Source: Oligoflexales bacterium
GTDB lineage: Bacteria > Bdellovibrionota_B > Oligoflexia > Oligoflexales > CAIYRB01
Length of the DNA: 28,222 bases
Assembly (NCBI GenBank): GCA_041736175.1
Contig: JBGSUI010000035.1
Span: 1-28,222 of the forward strand
Direction: 5' to 3'
The position numbers and the translations under genes were made by a program. The first letter of the stretch is position 1. Every line of letters begins with the position of its first letter. Positions 6,654-14,674 of the stretch are shown one piece after another. Under the pieces are notes generated by a model. It was not told where the DNA came from. It ran no database searches and saw only the letters and a program-made list of their open reading frames with translations.

Positions 6654-8455
6654 TTCTGTGGTTCCAAAGATTCTTTTTGGGGATCGTCCTGGTGGTGGTC
6701 CCCCTGGCTTTGCGGGCGGTGGAGGTGGCTGACAGCCCCAGCGCTTTCAAAGCCTATACCTTTGGTACAGCCCAGTATGAGTTTTTTTACGGCTTTAAAT
6801 CCTATCTCTTGATGTTTGCAGGATTGGGTTTGGGCCTCTTAAGGTTTCCCATAAACAGTCTCAACCGCACCAACATCCTAAAACTTTTAAGGCAGCCTGG
6901 TGCCCCCCTGTGGTGGTTAGGGTGCTGGGTGGTGGTGACCACGATTTCATCCCTCGCTGGCGAGCATCGAGACGTGATCTGGTACGGCGGGTTGATGCAG
7001 CGGGATGGATTAGGGGTGCAGTGGAGTTATGCCTTGTTGTGCTACTTTGGTTACCAAGGTGCCAGGTCCCGTGCATTCCAATCAACCGTCGTTTTTTGTT
7101 TGGGCCTCTCGACCATCCTGATCGGAATGCTAGGCTGGAGTCAGATCCAGGGGATCTCCTATATGGAAGCCCCCTGGTTTCGGTGGCTGGTGATCCCCCC
7201 TAAACTCCAAGCGTCTCTCCAAATCACTCAAGTTGGTCTCGGCGGAATCTCCGGCTTTTTAGGCAACCCAAACGATATGGCTTTTTTCTGCGCCTTGCTC
7301 GTCCCCTTCTGGGCATCCCACATGCTGCTGGTCCGCACTAAACGTGCTTTCGTGGTGTCGGGTCTATTCACGATGACCGCCCTCGCGATGGCCTTGAGTT
7401 CTGCAGGTGTGGGCGGAGGCTTTGGCTGGATGATCGCCTTGATGGGTTTAATGTCTCTGGTGGCGCTGCGGTGGTATCCGCACTGCCAAGTCAGCCTGTC
7501 GGTCCTACCGGGTTTTGTCCTGGCGGCCTTGGTGGGCAGTTATTTGGTCTTGTGGAAGTTTCCCCAAGTGCTCCCCGGGTTTGTGATTAAGCCTAAAGAA
7601 GTTTTGTCGTTGGTCAGTCAGGCAAGGGCAGGCACGCCTGTCCAATTAGCGGGAGGTCTTTACCTCGAGGACAAACGTCTTTTTGTCACCCACTGGCAAC
7701 CGGGATTTATCATCGAGCCTATGCCCCAGGGATTTAGACTGATGGACCTGGGTTTTCGGCCTCTACTTGTGGAGGGGATGGGATCGTGGATTCGGGTCAA
7801 AGATCTTCATTTTCTCGATATCTCACTCCATAAGTTAGAAGACCCCGTCAGTGAGACCCAAGGGATCAGCGTCTTTCGGGTCGAAAAAGGAGACCAGAAC
7901 TTTACCTTTGCCACCACGACCTCGGGCCTAAGAGTCCTTGTCAACCAGTCTTTGATTAAGCCCCTCCAAGGACGCCGACTCAACCTGCCCCTCGGTGATC
8001 ATCTCCTCAGCCACCGGATTTATATCTGGACCCGCGTGATCCCCGTGATCTTAGACCGGTGGCTGCTGGGCCATGGGGTCGGGGGTTTTATCTTGGATTT
8101 TCCTAATCGGGATGTCATATCTATGGATAAAACCTTTGGTCCCCATGTCTTTGTGGATCGTCCCCACAATATCTACCTCCAACAAGCCTATCAAGGCGGC
8201 CTCGTAGGTCTCATGGGGTTTCTGGTGCTTTACTGGGGTGCGCTCGGACGCTCACTAAAAAAGATTTATTTTTGTCCCGATTCTTTTACGGTCGCCATGA
8301 CCCTTGGGCTCTGTGGTATGGCGATCGCTGGCTGTGCCTACGACCTAGGGGTGGCCCTTGGTGGAACCTTTTGGCTCCTCGTGGGAGCCACCGCAGCTTT
8401 AGGGAGCGTCGATAGACCCCAAAAACAAAACACCAGACACGAGATACTGAGGTAG
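6650..8455 (+). CDS. O-antigen ligase / Wzy_C family membrane protein (possible O-oligosaccharyltransferase)
   Basis: Many TM segments; GFLGNPN, R.YIW...LLGHG.G.F and PHNIYLQ....GGLVG motifs; ATGA overlap with the upstream gene. Confidence 0.85.
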   Translation: MILWFQRFFLGIVLVVVPLALRAVEVADSPSAFKAYTFGTAQYEFFYGFKSYLLMFAGLGLGLLRFPINSLNRTNILKLLRQPGAPLWWLGCWVVVTTISSLAGEHRDVIWYGGLMQRDGLGVQWSYALLCYFGYQGARSRAFQSTVVFCLGLSTILIGMLGWSQIQGISYMEAPWFRWLVIPPKLQASLQITQVGLGGISGFLGNPNDMAFFCALLVPFWASHMLLVRTKRAFVVSGLFTMTALAMALSSAGVGGGFGWMIALMGLMSLVALRWYPHCQVSLSVLPGFVLAALVGSYLVLWKFPQVLPGFVIKPKEVLSLVSQARAGTPVQLAGGLYLEDKRLFVTHWQPGFIIEPMPQGFRLMDLGFRPLLVEGMGSWIRVKDLHFLDISLHKLEDPVSETQGISVFRVEKGDQNFTFATTTSGLRVLVNQSLIKPLQGRRLNLPLGDHLLSHRIYIWTRVIPVILDRWLLGHGVGGFILDFPNRDVISMDKTFGPHVFVDRPHNIYLQQAYQGGLVGLMGFLVLYWGALGRSLKKIYFCPDSFTVAMTLGLCGMAIAGCAYDLGVALGGTFWLLVGATAALGSVDRPQKQNTRHEILR

Positions 8456-9607
8456 GGTGTGGCCTTGGTCGTTGTACCCTGAGTCGAGTCTGTTGGTATA
8501 GGCTTGGGGACGGTATTGAAACTGGGTGAGCTGCTGGGCGAGCTCTTGTGGGGTCAGAGTCACATCGCTGCGCCAAGGCGCGACGGCAGCTCCAGGGCAC
8601 CAGCCAGCCCTGGAATAAGTGTAGGTGCCCCGTTGTCTGCCGTCGGTGACGGTGCTGGCGCAGTTGTCGCGCCAAATCGTTTGGCTCTTCTCCTGCTCTC
8701 CCATGCGGATTTGGTGGGTTTTAGGACAAAACTCAGCGCAGTTTTCGGTGTTTCCCTGTCCGTGGCCGGTGATAAACATCAGGACGGTGCCTTGGGCTGA
8801 GGTCCCCTCGGGAATCTCAACAGACTTTTGCCGCAAGGTTGGTTCTTGGGGACGTCCATAGGTGACATACTGTTTTTGGATAAGGGGAATCACATGGGTG
8901 ATCTTGCGGGCCGGAGTTCCAGGTTCGTAGACCAGCTGGGCATCCAGCAGCCAGCCGCCACCATACCGACCGCCGTCTCGTCTTGGGCCAGACCAGGTGT
9001 CGATCTGTACCCAAAACTGGGTGGGCCCCTTAAGCAAAGTTGCAAAATCGGTGACATCAACAGACATTCGTTGGCCCACACCATAGGCTGTGACAAACCG
9101 GTGTATCTCGATTTGAACTCCTTCTGTGGTTTCCATGCCCAGAGACCCTACTCGGTCCCAACTATCACAGGCTGGAGCTGGACAGTAGAGCCGTGTTTCA
9201 AGAGTGATTTTTCCATAGGAGGTCGCGGCTTCAGGGAGATCGACTTTAAACGTCCGCCGCCTTGCCTGGTCTTGGTCATCGTTATAGTAAAAGTGGGCTC
9301 CTGTGATGAATTTGACTTGGGCTTTTTCTACGGGGGCGGCGGGGGCGGGAAGTTTAGTCCCTTGGGGGAGGGGTGCCTCTTCTCCTTGGGCTCCTTGGGT
9401 CCCCTGTCCCTCGCGGGAGGGGCGATCACCACCAGGTAAATCCCGAGAGATTTTGTCGTTGGCGTCTTTCGAGGGTGGGTTTAACCTACGGTCTATGGGG
9501 TCTTCTGTCGTGCTAGCCTTGATGCAGGCTGTTCCCAAAAAGCTCCAAACGAGAAAACTGATCCTAGTGTTACGGTACCATGCGGGTCCTAGTTGATAGA
9601 GTTGCAT
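8399..9607 (-). CDS. Peptide-N-glycosidase F (PNGase F)-related lipoprotein
   Basis: CDSWDR, EIHRFVTAYG, DVTDF, ITGHG, CAEFC and SRAGWCPG motifs; lipobox LGTAC; Pro/Gly linker. Confidence 0.85.
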   Translation of the reverse strand: MQLYQLGPAWYRNTRISFLVWSFLGTACIKASTTEDPIDRRLNPPSKDANDKISRDLPGGDRPSREGQGTQGAQGEEAPLPQGTKLPAPAAPVEKAQVKFITGAHFYYNDDQDQARRRTFKVDLPEAATSYGKITLETRLYCPAPACDSWDRVGSLGMETTEGVQIEIHRFVTAYGVGQRMSVDVTDFATLLKGPTQFWVQIDTWSGPRRDGGRYGGGWLLDAQLVYEPGTPARKITHVIPLIQKQYVTYGRPQEPTLRQKSVEIPEGTSAQGTVLMFITGHGQGNTENCAEFCPKTHQIRMGEQEKSQTIWRDNCASTVTDGRQRGTYTYSRAGWCPGAAVAPWRSDVTLTPQELAQQLTQFQYRPQAYTNRLDSGYNDQGHTLPQYLVSGVLFLGSIDAP

Positions 9608-9637
9608 CGAGTGCCCTTTTTTTTAAGATGATAAACT

Positions 9638-10627
9638 CTACTGTAGAAGGGTTGGCACGACAAATCCACGGGAAATTTCCCGGTAACCGTCCCCGCCCTT
9701 GTCTTGGCGTAGCTCGCTCACAAGCTGGGCTCCGGGATGGGCCGTAAAGGTTTGCTTTAAGGTCTCCATCAAAAGCTCGCCGGTCAGGATTTCTGTCCCC
9801 GACTGACCTCTGTCGGGGGATAACCAACGGTGTTTGGGTACGACCGACCAAAAGGAATCTGGGCGCCCCTCTAAAAATTCCTCCCATACCCCCGACTCAT
9901 GATCCATATCAACCCACCAGCCACGTAGCCTACGCTCGGACAGTCCGTTTAAAGGACCTGATGGATAGCAAGCCGCCTGCCACTCTTTAAGTGGATCAAA
10001 AATATATCCTTTGACCATAACTTTGGGCACCACTGGGGCGGCGGGTCGCCACCCAGCCAGCGCCTGGCACCCTTCTGGGGTCTCGCCGAGGAGTGTCTGC
10101 TTAGCAAAGAGGGTGTGTAGCTTGTGAGCCAAGCTATCCCGTCCGTCGGGACCCGTGAAGTGATCCCAAGAGTTACCGTCGCCCCTGCGAAGGTAAAACT
10201 TAACCGCGATTTCCAGATGGATGCTTTGATCTGAGACTTGGTCGTAAAAGAGAAAATCAAATTCCCCAAGGGTACGATGCTGGTTTTTTACTTTGAGCGA
10301 CTGCATAACTTCGGTCAGGCCGGTTCCATGATGGAGCCAGTAGGCCGTGAGGGTTTCGAAATACCGACCGAGTCGCTGGGAGGGGCGTGACTGGATCCAC
10401 GACTCCAGGGGGCCGGGATCAGCCTCCCGCTGGATCAGATGGGGTAAAAACCTTTTAAAATGCTCCTGACACCATGGGTCGGTGACAGCCTTTTGGGAAA
10501 AGGCGGGATCCTCAGCCCACAAAAGGTTAGGGCTGCCCAAGACCCAGGCCAGGTCTCTAACCGCGGGGTGTTTAGCCCTGTCCATAAATTCTTGGTAACA
10601 ACTGTTCATTCCGGTCAAAAGTAGCAT
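9638..10627 (-). CDS. DUF1853 family protein (PD-(D/E)xK-like)
   Basis: VRDLAW, RLGRYFE, TLGEFDFL and HLEIAVKFYL motifs. Confidence 0.85.
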   Translation of the reverse strand: MLLLTGMNSCYQEFMDRAKHPAVRDLAWVLGSPNLLWAEDPAFSQKAVTDPWCQEHFKRFLPHLIQREADPGPLESWIQSRPSQRLGRYFETLTAYWLHHGTGLTEVMQSLKVKNQHRTLGEFDFLFYDQVSDQSIHLEIAVKFYLRRGDGNSWDHFTGPDGRDSLAHKLHTLFAKQTLLGETPEGCQALAGWRPAAPVVPKVMVKGYIFDPLKEWQAACYPSGPLNGLSERRLRGWWVDMDHESGVWEEFLEGRPDSFWSVVPKHRWLSPDRGQSGTEILTGELLMETLKQTFTAHPGAQLVSELRQDKGGDGYREISRGFVVPTLLQ

Positions 10628-10649
10628 GGATAAGGACCCAAAGGCAGTA

Positions 10650-10683
10650 AAAGCTTTTATGGGCTGTAACCCATAAAAGCTTT
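10650..10683 (-). terminator. Probable intrinsic terminator
   Basis: Perfect 14-bp inverted repeat AAAGCTTTTATGGG-CTGTAA-CCCATAAAAGCTTT just downstream of the stop at 10690. Confidence 0.75.
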
Positions 10684-10689
10684 CTCCAA

Positions 10690-12471
10690 TTACTTTTTAT
10701 TGATCTCACAAGAAACCACGTCAAAGACCTGGCCAGCCATCGTCACTTGGGAATCAGGAGAGTCTCTAAGGGAGCAGTCATGGATTTTACCAATGATCCC
10801 ACTGTAGTCAAATCCGTAGGAGACCGCATCGACTGGTTTTGAGTTTTTCTCAAAGCCATAGAGGAAATCTGGAGCAAGCTGTCCCGCAGGTCGGGCGCTG
10901 GTGAGATTCCCCCATTCTCCACCGATCACGCGGCCATTGCGATCGATCTCTAAGAGATACTGATAGCTTGACACTTGGTTGTGATTGGTATCAAACCCTT
11001 CGTAGGGAGCCAGCAGGGGTTCATAGGGTTCAGATAGCCAATGGAGGTCAAGATTCACGGCGGCTACCGAAACGGTTCCTGGAGTGAGATGTTTAAGCCG
11101 ATCAAACCCTAGCTGGGTGATAGGGGTGAGGGGGCTTACTTTGGTGATCGCTTTATGCACGGGTTGGTTCCAGACCTGACCGCCTTGGGTACGATCCATA
11201 ACAAAACCCAACTTTTCGTCACCGATTTTGGCGATCACCGCATGATGTAAGATGGCAGGGTTGGTGTCCCAGCATCCAAAAAGCTTAACATTGATTCCAG
11301 GGCCAAAGGCAGCTCCTTCTAATAAAATCTTACGGAGGTCATTCATCGAGTCAAAGAGGTAACCACTTTGGTTCCCCCTTTGGTTGACGGTTACCAGCAA
11401 TTTTTGAAAGCCACGGGGTTCTTCAAGTTCTATGAGGTAAAGGAGGTATTCTTGGTTGTCGTCTTGGGACCGAGCCTTGAGTTCTTCGAGTAGATAATCA
11501 CGTTTCACCACAAACTTAATGGTTTTGTCACTGACTTTGAGTTCGCCGGTATAGCCGCGACCTTGGGTATCCACGGGCCCTGGTGATTGTGGATCCGCCA
11601 CGTCCTCGTTGCAGCGTCTGCCGACAAAAAACTGTTTTTGGTCGGGAGCGTGATCAGCCCAGCTTTTGGTCAGAAGACCTCTGATATCCCCTTGGGTCAC
11701 CAGCATTTTCTTGTTTTCCATAGAGACTAAGACATGCTGCTTGGGAGTTGCTTCAAAAAGCGCTGCCGGTGCCCAGCCGTGGCATAGGCCAGTCCAGCTC
11801 CAATCTTCGCCTTCCCCCAGGGTGTTTAGGAACTTGTAGTCTTTGTTGGTGTTAGAGGAAACAAAATTGTAAAGGGAGCGATAAGACATGGGTAGATTGC
11901 GGTACATATTAGACGAGGTGGTATTTTGGCTATACATCAAGTTAAGGAGGAGAGAAGCCTTAGACTTTTTTTGTGGGATGTCATCGGTGCTGTCGATTTC
12001 TTTTTCCAAGTCGCTGATTGCCTTGATTCTGCTGTCTGTGAGACCTTGGTCCCACTTGTTTGAGTAGCGAAATCTAAACATAATATCGTATTTTTCTGAA
12101 GGTGATAGATTCACAGGAATCTGGTCTTGGCTTGTGGCCTTTAGGTGGGTCTCGAGGAGACTCGCGATGCCCACCATTCCACCGAGCCCTTCGGTGGGTT
12201 GGATGTCCGCTAGGGGCCCCCACCGTCTAAAGAGACTTTTTTGGGTATCTGGCCAGTAAGTATCTGTCCAGGGAAAACGCTCTGTTTTAAAGGTTTTTGT
12301 ACCGCTGATATCAGCGTAGTTCAGCTTAAAATTGCCGATGACCCCACGATTGGATAAGTCGGGGGACTCCTTAAGCTCTGATGGGGGTGTCGGTCCGCAA
12401 GCATTGAGGCTGAAGAGATTCCAGCACAGCAACATTAGACACGGGGTGAGGGATGGTGTGATCTTTTTCAT
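10690..12471 (-). CDS. Transglutaminase-elicitor (Phytophthora GP42-like) family lipoprotein
   Basis: PWTDTYWP, LSPSEKYD, WTGLCHGWAPAA, GDIRGLL, GRRCN, VWNQPV, Y.LE.D..G..IGGEW and PDF motifs; lipobox LNAC. Confidence 0.85.
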   Translation of the reverse strand: MKKITPSLTPCLMLLCWNLFSLNACGPTPPSELKESPDLSNRGVIGNFKLNYADISGTKTFKTERFPWTDTYWPDTQKSLFRRWGPLADIQPTEGLGGMVGIASLLETHLKATSQDQIPVNLSPSEKYDIMFRFRYSNKWDQGLTDSRIKAISDLEKEIDSTDDIPQKKSKASLLLNLMYSQNTTSSNMYRNLPMSYRSLYNFVSSNTNKDYKFLNTLGEGEDWSWTGLCHGWAPAALFEATPKQHVLVSMENKKMLVTQGDIRGLLTKSWADHAPDQKQFFVGRRCNEDVADPQSPGPVDTQGRGYTGELKVSDKTIKFVVKRDYLLEELKARSQDDNQEYLLYLIELEEPRGFQKLLVTVNQRGNQSGYLFDSMNDLRKILLEGAAFGPGINVKLFGCWDTNPAILHHAVIAKIGDEKLGFVMDRTQGGQVWNQPVHKAITKVSPLTPITQLGFDRLKHLTPGTVSVAAVNLDLHWLSEPYEPLLAPYEGFDTNHNQVSSYQYLLEIDRNGRVIGGEWGNLTSARPAGQLAPDFLYGFEKNSKPVDAVSYGFDYSGIIGKIHDCSLRDSPDSQVTMAGQVFDVVSCEINKK

Positions 12472-12529
12472 GTTCTAAACTTACCTTCTGGTCTTGTGGT
12501 TTAATGGGTTTTGAAATGGTGTAAACCTT

Positions 12530-12555
12530 CTGTTTAAAGGGTGGCCTTTAAACAG
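12530..12555. terminator. Intergenic hairpin
   Basis: Perfect 11-bp inverted repeat CTGTTTAAAGG-GTGG-CCTTTAAACAG. No strong U-tract, so it could be an mRNA-stability hairpin. Confidence 0.55.
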
Positions 12556-12574
12556 TGAGTTATTGGACTAAAGC

Positions 12575-13777
12575 TTAGGGGATCAAGGGTTTAAAGCCTA
12601 GGGACTTATCAAAACAGCCTTGTTTTGTAGGATCTCCAGCTTTTTCAAGGTAAGTGACAACAGCCGCATAGGGAGCTAGGTTGTTGTAACCTTCAGCCAT
12701 TTTTTTAGCGAGTTCAAGGGTGGGGGAGGGGGAGATAAACCCAAAAGCAACGGTTTCTAAAAAGACCATCTCACCATCTTGGTCCATGCTGGCATATTCA
12801 AAGGGAATCACAGCATTGTCAAAGTTAGTCGCTTGCATCATCACCTGGTCGATGCCCTCAAAGGATGGGGACATTCCACAGGGAGATTCAAATTGGCCAA
12901 TTTTAACGGCCATCCCATACTTGGCAAAACTACGGGTGACCGCTTGGGCCTCAAAGTAAAGTACTTTGGACTTCTGAATTTCTAGTTGGCCATTGGCACA
13001 GGTTACGGCAAGGATCACCGACCCGTCGGCTTTGATATCCACTAATTTATAGCAATCAGAGTTTGGCAGCTTGTCCGAAGTCCTATAGATCCCGACCATG
13101 GGATCTAAAGTGCGGACGGCCACAAGGGCTTGGTCGTTAGCCACTCCCGACATCGTCACAGTGAGAGAGTCTATTTTTTTATTCAGCTCCTCAATTTTAC
13201 TTATTTTAGCTTCAATCTCTTTTTTAAAAGTCGATTTCTCTTTGTCCGCTGCTTCAAGCTTGGCTTTAAAGTTTTTAAGATCTGTCTCGAGATTTTTTAG
13301 GGTCGAAGTGAGCTTAGCTCTGGCTTTTTCCGTCTCGGCCAAATCTCCCGAAAGTTTCGCCAACTGGGATTTGACTTCGGCAGCTTCCTTCTCTTTCGCT
13401 TCGATTTCCCCATTGATGGAATCGATGGTCTTTTGCTTAAGTCCCAGCTCCGTCGCAAGGGTGTCTTTTTCCTGATTGGTACTTGTGAGTTGCTCCTTAA
13501 GGGTGGTCTGTTCTTTCGAGAGAAGCGCCAATTGTTGTTCCAAAGCGGCGGCTTTTTCTTCGAGCAAAATATTTTTTTGCTTTAGATCCTGGCCCCTTTC
13601 GTCCTTTGTCATTTGGCTTTCTTTGAGACTCTCCTCTAAATTTGCTTTTTCAAGACTCACCTGCTGCAGATCTTCTCTGGCTTTTTTTAGCTCCTTATCA
13701 TCATTTTTGTTTTTGGTGCCACAGGCAGCCAGCGTTGGGACAAGAATAATGAGGCCTTTGATCATATGATTTGTCAT
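12575..13777 (-). CDS. Coiled-coil lipoprotein
   Basis: Lipobox LAAC, about 180-aa K/E/Q-rich heptad region, globular C-terminus. AGGAG RBS supports ATG 13777. Confidence 0.8.
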   Translation of the reverse strand: MTNHMIKGLIILVPTLAACGTKNKNDDKELKKAREDLQQVSLEKANLEESLKESQMTKDERGQDLKQKNILLEEKAAALEQQLALLSKEQTTLKEQLTSTNQEKDTLATELGLKQKTIDSINGEIEAKEKEAAEVKSQLAKLSGDLAETEKARAKLTSTLKNLETDLKNFKAKLEAADKEKSTFKKEIEAKISKIEELNKKIDSLTVTMSGVANDQALVAVRTLDPMVGIYRTSDKLPNSDCYKLVDIKADGSVILAVTCANGQLEIQKSKVLYFEAQAVTRSFAKYGMAVKIGQFESPCGMSPSFEGIDQVMMQATNFDNAVIPFEYASMDQDGEMVFLETVAFGFISPSPTLELAKKMAEGYNNLAPYAAVVTYLEKAGDPTKQGCFDKSLGFKPLIP

Positions 13778-13964
13778 CGACAAACTCCTAAAAGGTTTTG
13801 AGACTCGCAATGTACACCAATTTGAGTTTTGTGTAAATTTATTTTCGCATGATTTCTAAGGTTCATTTCCCAAAAAAAATGCCAACAAGTCCACAGGGTC
13901 CCATTTCCGGTGGGTGTTGTAATTTTATAATAATGATTTGTTTATAATTTTATTAGGTTCGCAC

Positions 13965-14573
13965 TCATGGTAAGCCATACCCCAGCCACAATGCGCTGAT
14001 CTTTCCTAACAGCTCCAGTAACTCATCAAAATTAATCGGTTTTTGCAGGCAACAGTTGGCATACGAGGCATAGCTGGCGTGGAAATCCTCAGGCTTGCTG
14101 GACCCGGTAAGTATCACGACAGGAATCGCTCGCAGAGCGGGATCGGATTTGATAAGTCTCAAGACTTCCTGACCACCTAGTGTCGGTAGATGAAGATCCA
14201 GCAGGACCATATCGGGTCGCGGGTGATCGTGGCTATCCTGGCGAAGGTAGTCAACCGCTTCTTCTCCACTGTAAGCGATGTGGGATTGGTGGGGCAGTTG
14301 GAGTTCCTTAAGGACCTCCACCAACAAGCGAGCCTCAGCTCGGTTATCATCCACGACGAGGATCTGGGCGGGACGTTTATGTTTGCAGGTGTTGCCCTCG
14401 CTCCATGGGGAGCGCCAGTCATAGGTCCTCCAGTCATAGCTCCTAAATCCCTGATGTTTCGGAGTTTGCGACGATAACTGACACATCATGTGGCTCCCCT
14501 TTGGGGCAGCCTCTCCCCCTGAGGATCCTCCCTCGGCGGACTCGTGCTGCCATTTTTGGGTTATGCAAAGCAT
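13965..14573 (-). CDS. Single-domain response regulator (CheY-like, Rcp1-type)
   Basis: ILVVDDN, PDMVLLDLHLP, IPVVILT and ANCCLQKP motifs. The start is uncertain and probably downstream. Confidence 0.9.
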   Translation of the reverse strand: MLCITQKWQHESAEGGSSGGEAAPKGSHMMCQLSSQTPKHQGFRSYDWRTYDWRSPWSEGNTCKHKRPAQILVVDDNRAEARLLVEVLKELQLPHQSHIAYSGEEAVDYLRQDSHDHPRPDMVLLDLHLPTLGGQEVLRLIKSDPALRAIPVVILTGSSKPEDFHASYASYANCCLQKPINFDELLELLGKISALWLGYGLP

Positions 14574-14674
14574 ATGCCTTTCTAAAGGTCGCGACTCTGT
14601 GCCATCTGCTACGGAAAAGTTCCCATAAGTCCTAAGATTCTGAGTGATCTGGCCTATAAATGTGGTATTTGCCT

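Noticed and set aside
14415..14445. 15-bp duplication encoding YDWR twice upstream of the receiver domain
   Set aside because: Simple local duplication in a region that may lie upstream of the true start; no functional evidence.
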